Origin: Nymphon striatum
Taxonomy: Eukaryota
DNA length: 64,000 nt
Direction: 5' to 3'
NCBI GenBank assembly: GCA_016618385.1
Contig: JABFOP010000357.1
Location: 351,545 to 415,544 of the forward strand
Within the stretch, counting starts at the first letter, position 1. Every line of letters begins with the position of its first letter. Made by a program: the position numbers and the translations under genes. The notes below the pieces were generated by a model. It saw only the letters and a list, made by a program, of their open reading frames with translations. It was not told the DNA's origin and searched no databases. Shown in pieces: positions 11,836 through 23,000 of this stretch.

Positions 11836-13699
11836 GTAAGCTATGGTAACCATGATAATGGTGATCATAGCTTCATATTTGATGAGAAACTTCGATGTAG
11901 CAAATTCTCAATGTGAAAAAAATATAAATAAATAAAAAAGTAATAAAATATATGTTTCAAAAAAATATTCCACTTATAAGAAATTAAAATATGTGTAACA
12001 AAAACATATGTCTCCATTTTTTCATTCCAAATTTCATTACTAACACTTGACAAAACCATTATTAGACCTTGCTCATTGTAGTGCATGAATTTGTTATCCA
12101 CCAAGTTTTAACTATGAAATGCTAATGGTTTGGTGGGAGTAAAAATTGAAAAATCGAGCCAAAATCCTTCTGCAGCTTGTGCTCACAACCAGAGTTACCA
12201 TATTGGCTTCTTTTCGTGGTTGTTGGCATCCAAAATTTATTTTTTGCGTATTTCTTGGCTCTTTTCAGAGATATTTTTTAAGATATATAAATAGTTCAAA
12301 TTTACACAATATTCTCAATTATTTGCAAGGATTCAATTTTGCACATGCGCAAATATGACTATGATGTCATTATATCATAAAAATTCTGTTTTGGCGTATT
12401 TTTAGATTGAATTTGGCCTATTTGTTACCAGGCTATCTAGCAACCCTGCTCACAACCTAGGCAAAACTTCATAAACCATTCCATTCTTTAGGAAAAAGCT
12501 GCCTTATGAAGAGGATAAGTATTAAAGATGGATAGTATAATATTATTCTCACAACTAAGTCTACTGCTGAACAAAGGTCTTTCTTACAAATCTCCATTTG
12601 TCTCTACATTCAATATATCTACACATTTCACCTGCAAAAAAGGTTGATTAGGCAGTTGGATGGCCTTGAACATTGTAAACTTTTACTAAAATAGATTGAA
12701 AAATCTTGGTCATTGTATCACTCCAATCTAGTTGAACCTAGAGTTGGAGGCATCATCACCTGTGGCATTTTTGGTTTTTTCCAGCCAATTCATTAGATAA
12801 TACTCTGATGAGCACTTGGAATTTCACAACTGAACACCATAAAATTTTGAAATATAACATGGCTACTTTTCATATCTTCAATTAATAACCCTAATTTGCA
12901 TGTTGAGAAGTTTTTGAAAATCTTTTACAGTCCTGATTACATTGATAGGAGTTGATTATAAAAAGTTGACAGTTAAGGATGTGGCCTTGTATTTTATCAA
13001 CTAACTAACAAGAGAAAAAAAGTTCAAATATTAAAATGTATATTGTTATTTTATTGCGTTATCTCGCATATTCATAAAATTTCTATAAAAAATACAAATT
13101 AAATCAAATGCTTGAGAGAACTTTTTAGTGAAACTAAATACTGCAAAATCCACTGGGCTGAGCTCTGCAAGTTTGTAAAAATATTTGAAATTTATTGTAA
13201 ACAAAATCATTTACACTTCTGGCACTCAATACTAAAGAACTTTCCAACGTTATTCTTGTTTAAACTTTACTTTAACTACAATCTACAGCTTGTCAAAATT
13301 AAAGTATTGTAGTACTAAATTAACCCATTTGGTTGAGGGACTTTTAAAATTAATGGTGATCACAGTAACATTGATATCTATTGAAAGCTAAAATACACTA
13401 CAATATATATACAATCTCTGGTCAAACTTTGGTGTCAAACCCAGCCAATTTTGAACCTAATCCATGACTTCCTCCATTTCAAAGCATTGGGTTACCAGCC
13501 ATATCTTCAAGATGAAAAGTTACTATTTTGCACTATTTGTTTTGACACCAATGAGAAGCTCATGGATAAAGTCCACAACATCAATTGGCTGGGTATTTTG
13601 GAAGCATCATTCTTTGGTTGGTAAAACAAAACCTATAGGCAATTAGTGTCTGCCTGAATCTGGTTGGCAACATTGTACTAGTTAATTCAGTCTTTTATG

Positions 13700-13990
13700 A
13701 AATGAATTTTTTCATATCAAATACTGCACGTTTCAACACACCAAGGGACGATATCCAGCATTCAACCAGAGGTGTAGAAGATGTAATGCGATTGGACATT
13801 TTCAGAAATCACGATTGTGCAGGCGACAGCGATCGACCGACGAGATCACAGATGAGGATGCAGCGGACAGAGGTGACACTTCAACGCCAACAGATTATAT
13901 CACAGTGGCAATTAATCAAAAGACTTGGAAGAGATTATTTACCTACTTTACAAAAAGTTAAAAGCACATTTGAAAATATATGCTGTTGAC
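13700..13990 (+). mobile_element. Retroelement gag remnant with CCHC zinc knuckle
   Basis: A frame reads CKRCNAIGHFQKSRLC, a CX2CX4HX4C zinc knuckle. It is followed by an acidic, Thr-rich linker. No intact ORF remains. Confidence 0.45.
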
Positions 13991-14160
13991 AACAATTGAT
14001 GGATTAATGCATAAAAATCAAAAAATGCATTAAATAGTTAAAATTAAATTATACAGTACTTAAATTTTTGAAAATTCAACAAAATATTAATGTTTCTCTC
14101 AAGCATTCAATGTACCTAAGTTTCAGATCTCATATTACATAATATTTTAGCTTGACTATA

Positions 14161-14295
14161 TCATTGTCCAGGAGATGGGCATAAATCCTTTTTGTATTTC
14201 TTGTTACCATGAGGGAAAGCTGCAGGGGTTATAAGATCTTCTTTGTAATTTCCATCACTAAATAAACCTCCTTCAGGTCCATGATGAGCATAACT
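14161..14295 (-). CDS. Terminal coding exon of an unidentified minus-strand gene (SYAHHGPEGGLFSDGNYKEDLITPAAFPHGNKKYKKDLCPSPGQ*)
   Basis: A minus-strand acceptor tttaaactttcag| precedes it. It is in phase with the exon at 17759-17837. It weakly resembles the C-terminus of the NDUFA12/NDUFAF2 family. Confidence 0.35.
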   Translation of the reverse strand, partial: SYAHHGPEGGLFSDGNYKEDLITPAAFPHGNKKYKKDLCPSPGQ

Positions 14296-15186
14296 CTGAA
14301 AGTTTAAAGATGTTAAATTCATATCAATAGGGAGGGGAGAAAAAATTCCATGAAGATTAATCCAAACCTTTATAAAGTCCACTACTATATCTTTATTCAC
14401 TGAATTCATATCTAACCTTCGGCCCCATGCAACCAAAGATATAGGCTAGAAAAAATATATTCATAAATTGATAACATACAAAATTCATTTAAATTGAATA
14501 TAAATATATTTCACTGAGCCCTTTCTTAGGTTATAAGGTTAGTGGCTGTGTCAATTCAATTTTTCTGTCAGAATTCAAGCCAGGGTAGGTAATTTCAAAT
14601 TCTCCTAGATACTGCTAGCAAGAATACACATGCTACAGTGAAAGGAACCGACTCTTCATCGAAAGATGAATTGGGTTCTTTAATATGTAGAGAGTATGTT
14701 TCTATATTTATGTCCTATCCGAAGTATTTGATTTAATTGAATATGAGTAGTGTTTAATCATTAAAAGATTTGACATTTTATGTTTTTTTAAACAAATAGA
14801 TTTTATATCATGATATAATATTATTACATCTGTTTATATATAGTGTTTTTAAAGAGAAGGTGTTTTAAACTTTAAAATAATGCATTATCATGTCCAGAAT
14901 GTATTAAATAATACAACATAATATTATAGAAGATTCAGGATGTCGTAGTATATGATGTGAATAGAGTTCAGGAAGTCATAGTATAGATGTGAACTTATAT
15001 GCATATTAGGATGTAGAATCTTACTTAGAGATGTGTGCATTAGCGAGTAGTGCTAGAATGCATTCTCTAATTGCTGTCACCTAATTGTAATAATAGATAA
15101 TGATAATGCTGAATACTAATCACCTTTGTGAGTAAGAAAGTAAAGGAGAAAAACGTTATTGAGAGTCAGAAAAAGTGTAACCTCAT

Positions 15187-15262
15187 TTCCTTCGGCGGGA
15201 ATCGAACCCGCGTCTCTTAACTCATGAGCCAAGCGTCTTAACCACTATACCACAGAGGACGA
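15187..15262 (-). tRNA. tRNA-like sequence (anticodon loop CTCATGA; Met-CAT-like), probably a pseudogene or SINE head
   Basis: It has a T-arm GCGGGTTCGATTCCCGC and an anticodon arm CTTGG-CTCATGA-TTAAG with two G:U pairs. The acceptor stem pairs imperfectly and the D-arm is atypical. Confidence 0.35.
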
Positions 15263-16059
15263 CAGTATTAAGCTGTGATCAAGCTGATATGTAGCAGTCG
15301 CTACAATATATACAAACTGGCATGGTACATGAAACTGAAAGATGAAGACAACACCTGAGCTAGACTTCAATTCCATGATAAAATTTTGAAGTTGCATCTA
15401 TAGAATTGTCCGAAGGAACCCAAGTGCCTTTTGGAAATGATTCTAGAGAGAATATCTTGATGGAAGAAATTAATGTAGTGTCAATTGGGTTTTAAACTAT
15501 TGAATCCACCAATAAACTTCAGAATACATACAAGGCTCCAAAACCGAATCTTAAGAGATTAATCTCGTGAGCTCAGAAACTATCAAAGTAATGAAATGTT
15601 ATGATGTTTGAAAATTTTGATATACGGGCATTCTTTGATTAGAATTGAAGTGGTGATTGAAACAATGTGTTTTTGTTGTTTGGTTAGTGAAGATTATCTT
15701 ATTTGAAATATATAAATAATGAATACAGTCTAATCTAATACAAAATATTAAGAAAATCAAAATACCCAGAAAGTAGAAAGCTGATTATATGGTGTGATTA
15801 TATGCTTCCACAAACAATTTCTCACAATATTTTTGGCTTTTTCAAGTACATATTTCATTACACAAGGGTGATAAAGTAATACCACAGCTCCATGCTACAA
15901 ATAGAAGATAAAAACACAAGATACAAACAACATCATTTTTGAAACCATAATTAAACAAAGTAGATTTGACAAATTAATTGCACGTATCAGAAAACACAAA
16001 ATAGAAACTCTTTTGACTTTTACTGTGCCCTCACATCAGAAAAGTAATAGGCTTAAATT

Positions 16060-17215
16060 TTAGAAAAAATGTGTCTGAAGCAGCCTTCATCATCATCAGC
16101 CCGTATTGGCCCACTGCTGAGCAACGGCCTCTCGTCTAGATCTCCAGTCCTCTCTATCGGCAGCTCTTTCAACCCAATCCCTGTCAAACTTAGCGATATC
16201 ATCCACCCACCTTCTCTTCGGTTTACCTCGTTTTCTTCCTCCCCTATCTGTTATCCACATTGTGGATTTAGTGGTCCATCTATCGTCTGTTCTACGGGTC
16301 AAGTGTCCAGCCCAGTTCCACTTGCTACTCTTCACTGTCTGGGTCAAATCTTTACACCCTGTCCTCACCCAACTATTAGTCTTTCTATCCCTCCAGCTCA
16401 CACCTAAGATCTTTCTTTCCATACTGTGTTGGGCACTCGCCAATTTCTTCAACAAGGTATCTGTAATTGCCCAGGTCTCTGACTCATACGCTAGTACAGG
16501 CAGGACACATTGGTCATATACCTTCCGCTTCAAGCAGAGAGGTAGCTTGCTGCTCCAAACATTGTTCAGGCGACCAAAAGCTTGCCAGCCTAGGGCAACA
16601 CGTTGCCTCACTTCAGGCTCCCAGTCTCTGTGTATTGAGATAAGCTGCCCTAAATAAATATATCTATCAACTTGGTCCAAGGCCACATTTCCTGTCATAA
16701 TCGGTTGGATTTCTACATTTCTGTTAAACATGACCTTAGTCTTACTCAAATTAATCTCTAAACGTACTTTATTACTGGCAGTTCTCAGTTCCTGAACCAT
16801 AAGTTGAAGCTCCTGAGGGGACTCCGAGAACAGGACTACATCGTCGGCAAACCTGAGGTTGGTCAGTCTATCGCCATTTATGGGGAATCCTTTAGAAGTC
16901 CAGTTTAAGCATCTAAATACATTTTCCAAGCAAGCTGTAAATAGTTTTGGAGATATAGAATCTCCCTGTCTCTAATCTAATCTTATTTTTATTGGTATGA
17001 AGCTTTATATTAGAAGTTCCAAGTCCAAAAATTTGGTCCAGCATTCTTATGTATGCTGGGGAAATAGTTTCGGCATTTAAGGCATTTAGTACAGCCTGAT
17101 GCTCTACTGAGTCAAACGCCTTCTTGTAATCTATAAAAGCTAGGCACAGGGGTAGACTATATTCATGATATTTTTCAATCACTTGATTGACTGTATGGAT
17201 GTGATCCAATTAGTA
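16060..17215 (-). mobile_element. 5'-truncated LINE (non-LTR retrotransposon) RT fragment
   Basis: ORFs at 16096-16929 and 16913-17209 (-) read RT motifs (…FADDVVLF…, …AFDSV…) and a C-terminal …GRKRGKPKRRWVDD…. A (CAT)n tail lies at 16086-16097. The + strand ORFs here are antisense artefacts. Confidence 0.85.
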
Positions 17216-17261
17216 AATTAATAATTGATTAATTCAATTTAATTTAATTAAATTGTTTTTT

Positions 17262-17598
17262 AAAGGGATCCTAAGGTTCTTTAAGACTTGTAGTTATGTT
17301 ATGTAAAAAAATTCGCTGATTTCAAAAATATTATCAAATTTTTTCAAATAATTATTTCCCACCGAAAACGCGATTTTTATATTAATTAGGACGACATGAA
17401 GTCACTTATATGACATCACATACTTCCCGTCGACCAATATGATGCAATAGGATTGGTCGAAAGTGACTAGGTGACGTCATCGAACCACGTGACAAACGTA
17501 ATAATTGATATAAAAATCGCGTTTTCGGTGGGAAATAATTATTAAAAACAAATGTTGATAATATTTTTGAAATCAGCGATTTCTTTTACATAAAATCC
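17262..17598. mobile_element. Palindromic MITE (family C) with ~90-nt inverted arms
   Basis: The left arm tgtaaaaaaattcgctgatttcaaaaatatt…cccaccgaaaacgcgatttttatat is mirrored by the right arm atataaaaatcgcgttttcggtggg…aaatcagcgatttcttttaca. The core carries TGACGTCA and CACGTG motifs. A partial copy lies at 46650-46760. Confidence 0.7.
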
Positions 17599-17758
17599 CT
17601 TCAATGTTTATAAAATATGTCATACTTTTCAAACTTAAACCCTCAATTAATCTGTAAAAAAAAAAGGAATCAATAATTTGAATTCAATAAATATGAACAA
17701 CTTTATCTTGGTTTAAATAAAGAAAATAATGAATACCGGTAATTATAAAAATGATTAC

Positions 17759-17837
17759 CTCAACATTATGAAGCCATCTCTGAGGAGGTAAGAACTTGTA
17801 TTCTCCATACTTGGCCCAATTTGGACGATGATTACCA
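17759..17837 (-). CDS. Internal exon of the unidentified minus-strand gene ([26 protein letters not shown])
   Basis: It has a minus-strand acceptor gtttatgttag| and donor |gtaatc. It has an open frame and is in phase with the 14161-14295 exon. Confidence 0.4.
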
Positions 17838-18078
17838 CTAACATAAACAAAAAAGTAAAATATTTAATAAAAATTAGCTTTTTTATGTCAAAAAATAAAT
17901 GAAGTTTGAAAATCTTGCTTATAAGATACAATTAATGATTGAAACTTACTACAATGGAATGGTCACATTGTATTTGATTTTATTGTTCATACATATGTGA
18001 ATCTTGAGGGAAGAAAACAAAAATATAGAGTTGAAATTTGTATGTAGTGAAAGATCATCAGCAACTTCCAAGAGTTAA

Positions 18079-18451
18079 GGCCAAAAAAAAAAATGCTGTG
18101 TTTCCGGTAACGGTCTTGACAGACGGGAGGGTCGGTAGGTCGATTTTTTATTTTTTTATTTTATTAACTAGAATTCCCCCCACCAATATACCATTTACTT
18201 CATTTGAAGGGCTATCTACATTTGATTTAAAGAAATACAATTGTTTAAATCATTTAATTTAGACAAACATCATAGAGAAAAGAGAAGATTACTATTTAAC
18301 GCATTTTAGGAGGTAGTTTTGTGACGTTTTTTCTTTACCATTTCATGCATTTTACTATGTTTTTCCCGAATCATCATAAAAAAATTTCAGTCGGGGGTAA
18401 AATTACACGGTCGGTCGGGTTACCGGAAATGCAACATTTTTTTTTTTGGCC
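18079..18451. mobile_element. MITE family A, copy 1
   Basis: It has 33-nt TIRs (ggccaaaaaaaaaaatgctgtgtttccggtaac and its reverse complement). A second copy lies at 28602-28966. Confidence 0.8.
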
Positions 18452-18545
18452 TTATATAAAATATTTTTTTTAATTTTAACGGGAAATTTTCTATATGTGA
18501 GTAAAATATATTTTGCAATACAAATATATGGTAAGAAATTCTTAC

Positions 18546-18596
18546 TGGACTATAGTCTTTATCAGGAACATCACTTGAGGATACTTCTTTAATATC
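18546..18596 (-). CDS. Candidate upstream exon of the same minus-strand gene
   Basis: It has a minus-strand acceptor ttatttgtatgtcag| and donor |gtaaga. Only the frame -ILKKYPQVMFLIKTIV- fits the phase of the next exon, so support is weak. Confidence 0.2.
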
Positions 18597-18699
18597 CTGA
18601 CATACAAATAAACAGATTATTTCCTTTTTTTAATTTCAATTGTCAATTCAAATATAACATAAGACATGTCTAGATACAAAAGTACGAACATGATTTAAA

Positions 18700-18960
18700 A
18701 AAGAAATATACATATGGATAATTTTCCACCAGCTAATTGATAAACATCAATATTTTTCTGTAGGCAAACACATGATGGAGAACGATCACGAGGTTCAAAC
18801 CCATAACCTGAACAAATTCTTTGGTGTCCTGAAAAAGTGTAAGAACAAGTTCGAATGCCTTGTCTACGAGATGATTTTGATTAAAAAGAAAAATCCATCT
18901 CTAAATGTTCAATCCGACTCAACTCGAGCAAAATGTTTTACCTGAAGCAACCCTCATTTG
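18700..18960 (+). mobile_element. Penelope-like element (PLE) GIY-YIG endonuclease tail fragment
   Basis: It reads …HEVQTHNLNKFFGVLKKCKNKFECLVYEMILIKKKNPSLNVQSDS…, which matches the second half of the GIY-YIG domain (EH…, …I.k..P.LN). Confidence 0.45.
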
Positions 18961-19623
18961 AATAGTTTTTCATTTCCGTCTCTCCCCCTTTCTTTTCAGT
19001 ATTTATACATGAGTATTTTTCTTTTCAGCAGTTCATTTTGTATTGTCTCTTTAATCCTTTTAACTCGTTGGGCCCATATATGGCCCATTCTTTTGCTCCT
19101 TTTAACTCAGTGGGTTGATATGGCCCAAAATGTATGTCCCGAAAAGAACCTCCACAATATTTGGTTCCTGAAGCATACCCATCCCATTCAACGTTATGTT
19201 ACTAAGGAGATATCAAATATCGTGTATAATGCAAAAAAATGAACAAGATTTGCTTTTTGCATTGTTTTGGAGGCTTTTATCTTCGAAACGAGGAAAATTT
19301 ACTAATATTTTGCGACTAATTCATCTCCAAAGAACTCGAACAAAAGCACTGAAAACAATACTAATACAATAGAGGATATGAATAATGATAGTAATAATCA
19401 TAAATATATACAAAGCAGAACATTAGTATTTCATGTTCATCAAAGAACATTCCTTCAAATCGACGTTTGAATGGCTTTTTTGCAATTGATTTTTCTGTGA
19501 TTATGTTTTTTTGGTTTCAGGAGAAAAAATATTTTCGTTTGAAGAAATGAAATATTTTGCACTTTATTGTTTTATTATATTCGGTGCTTGGCAAAAAATT
19601 TAATTGTTAGGGTCCCAATTATG

Positions 19624-20003
19624 CCCAGATAGCAAAAAGTATCCGGCCCGATCCCGGGGTAAACTAGTCCTCCTAGTCTATGATGCGGCCCAAGTCCGGC
19701 AACCAGGTCTGGGCCGATCCGGACTTGCACACCGGGCCAACACTGGTACCGCTACCGGTCTTACGGATGTGGCCCGAGTCCGGCACACTTGCGGGCAGCA
19801 TGCGGATCGTTGATGGGCCAAGGGTGGCAAAACGGAATACGGCTTGCCAGTAAGAAAACGAATAATAGACTTTGGTCAAACTGGCGGGCAGCATGCGAAT
19901 CCTTGATGGGCCAAGGGTGGCAAAACGAATACGGCTTGCCAGTGGGAAAACGAGTCCGGGCCAGTCCGGCTCCAGGTTAGCCAGATAACTTTGCTATCTG
20001 GGC
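19624..20003. mobile_element. GC-rich MITE with an internal ~80-nt tandem duplication
   Basis: It has TIRs cccagatagcaaa…/…tttgctatctggg. The interior is strikingly GC-rich. It contains two copies of gggcagcatgcgRatcSttgatgggccaagggtggcaaaacg(g)aatacggcttgccagt. Confidence 0.6.
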
Positions 20004-23000
20004 GAGATTTGGTCTTTTAGAAACAACTAATCTCTCCGTGTTTACATTCCAATGCTAATTATCTTTAATTTAATTATATTTAACTCTGAGTTAGCCATGG
20101 TTGACAGAATTTTATTAGCGAGTTAAAAGGGTTAATCATGTTTTTTGGATAATAGCAGTTTTACAGTTTTTTTTTTTTACTTAACTTAAAAAGATGATAT
20201 ATGGAGTCTTCGAAACATTGTGTTATTTTAGCTTATTTATTCCTCATTTTGAAGCTTAAAAGATCTGTCTTTTAGGATAATTTTTTTTCCAGTATAAGCA
20301 CACTATGGTTTCTCAAAGCAAATTTTAAAAAATGTCATAAAGAATAAGAGCAATGCAGAAAAATCTTACAGGAGCAACAATAAAGGGAGATCTTGGATTA
20401 TAACAAGTGTAATTGACTGGAGATCTATCCCAATCTACATGTTGAGAATCCTAAGAATGAAAATCAAGAAAAAAATTATAACGGCAAAACAAGAAAAAAA
20501 AAATGGAAATAAAAAAACATGATGAATCACTTAATATGTACAACCTGAGCATCATCACACTGGGCATTAATAACACCCATTTTGACACCATGAACTGGAT
20601 CTTTCAAGCTTTCAGGCAATTTTTTGCAACTAAAAAGTAAATCTAATAATTAATAAAGGAATGAAAGATGTTCCATAAAACATTTATTTTCATACCAATT
20701 ATATTATTAATCTTAAAAAACAAAAACAAAAGTAAAATTTATTAAAAGTGAAACTTATTAAAAATCATTATCATGAAGTTTTTTTTTATATTGAAAAGTT
20801 TTAATCTGACCCATTTTCAAAATACATAGTCTTTAAAAATTGACTAAAAGAAGGCCCGGTAGCTGAGTGGATATAATATCTTTCCACTTGTGTGTTTGAT
20901 TGACACAGATACTTATAAAAATCATTATATCTCACTCAAACCTCCAATTTGCTATTCTTTCTTTGCATTGTGTATTATCATGCCATATAAATTGGATTTA
21001 AATCTATTTACATAATCACTACTAAATGCTGCTAGATTATGCGTAGAAATAGAAAATATTCTGGGGTAAAAACCAGTGCTTGCTTTAAATTAAAATTGGT
21101 ACAATATAGCAGGGTGTCCACTGATTTCAGTGACTGGGGGTTTTTGTACCTCCTGGAAGTGAAAGTTGGGGGTACAGAGAAAAAATAGAGGGGACACAGT
21201 TTTTTTCTTCAAAATCAATATGTATATTCAAATTATAACAAAACACTTGAAAGCACTCAATTATCAATTAAGTCTTCATATGAATGCTTAACAATTTTCC
21301 TGATCAGTGAATCTCTCTACAGAACAGGCACATTGTTCAATTTGAGCGAATAAGGTGAATTAAATATAGGAACGAATTAGTTTTAAGATCTACCACATGA
21401 AATTGAACGATTTTAAACACAGCAGACATCATTCTGTGTACGTGCTAGCACGTTTCTAAACAAAATTCTGTACGCGATTTTTTCGAAATAAACGTGAATC
21501 ACGTACACTTTTACGTGATCGGACACACTGAATATAGTATTGATCTTGTCTGAATTATCAAGCTATTAAACGTTAGTAAGATAGATTGTAAAAAACACAA
21601 AAAATCAGAGGTTAATCAACAAAGACTCTGAAATTCAACTTTTTAAGAATCTAATGCTCATGAAAATAAGGTTGCTGAAATAGTTAGAACGTAATTCACT
21701 AATAAGATTAATATGATATTGGCCAAGTAATTGATGGAAAGAATTTCTGAACTTTAAAAAGGCATTATGTGTCGATGTTCAAACATTCTTAACTCCAAAG
21801 AAAATTAATAACTTCACTCATTCACTTCTTCAACTTATTTGAATAATCTATAAAAAAAATTATGGAATTGTAAATGATTTAAAAGTCAACTGACATGAAT
21901 TTTGACTATCTTATGAAATTCAGTCGGCATATTGATAAAATGTACTGAATGAAAGCGGCAAAATCGCGGTCTTCGTATCTGCATTGTAAGGGGAGATATT
22001 AATGATTGAATTAGTGTGATTTACCGTTTGTTCAATCAAAATTTGAACTGCAATATGGCGTGACGTCACTCGAGTCATAAGTTGCATTTGTTCACACATG
22101 TTACAATCCCGGGTCTTTTGGGAACACAAACATTCCATAACCTGCTGAAGTGTTATCACATAAACCGGCCACACAATAAGGCATTTTACACTAATTCGCT
22201 TACATTAAATGTTTACTTTCAATGATTCGCGAAAACTGAATTGACTGGTTTGACGTCACTACTAGCTTAGTCACGTGACAACATTTTTCAATGATGCTCA
22301 ATAGCCGTAGTCAGGTAAAACTTGCTAAAAGTAATAAAATTAAATTAAAATAATTGTTCAGCTGATGACAAAACATCCCTCAAATATGTGTTCATCTATT
22401 TCTTCAGTCAAAACGTGATCGAAAATTCATGTCAGTTGACCTTTAAGACAACACTTCCTTCCATGAATACTGTCAGATAAGAGAAGAAGAAAACATATCA
22501 AAGTAGAGTTATATTTACCTTACAAAACATTCACATAGCATATAGATTATAAAAAACAACAGAAACGGAGATTGAAGACAACTAAAATTATTTTTCATTT
22601 CTTTCATTTTGATCTCATCCAGAAATTTTGTGAAAATAAACCACTTGGTCTGAAAAAATTATAATAAATTAGCATGTGTCAAAGAGATAAAAAAAAATTC
22701 ATAATTCAATGGAAAACTTCTTTCATGAGGCGCCAGTTGAATTGTGAAATACATTAAACATGCAGTGGAGGTGATCCAAGCAAAGATAAAAGTACAACAG
22801 ATGGCTAGTAAGCAATGGAAAGAAAAATATTTGTTAAAGATAAACTTTATCATAAATACTCTAAAAAAAATGGTTCAATAACGGTCCTATTTTTAAAGAA
22901 CAGAATTTTGATATATAGGTGATCTGATTTCTATGGAAGCTCTAAATGCGACAACTTTTTTCAAATTCCTAAACACCTTGCATGCCACATTGCTTGAAAA

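Noticed and set aside
16069-16657. Plus-strand ORFs of 112 and 131 aa overlapping the LINE fragment
   Set aside because: They are antisense to a clear minus-strand reverse-transcriptase ORF. Their composition is low-complexity (S/P/L-rich) and they have no homology.
19604-19980. Three short ORFs in the GC-rich block
   Set aside because: They overlap each other in different frames inside a TIR-bounded MITE with an internal tandem duplication. The ORFs are a compositional artefact.
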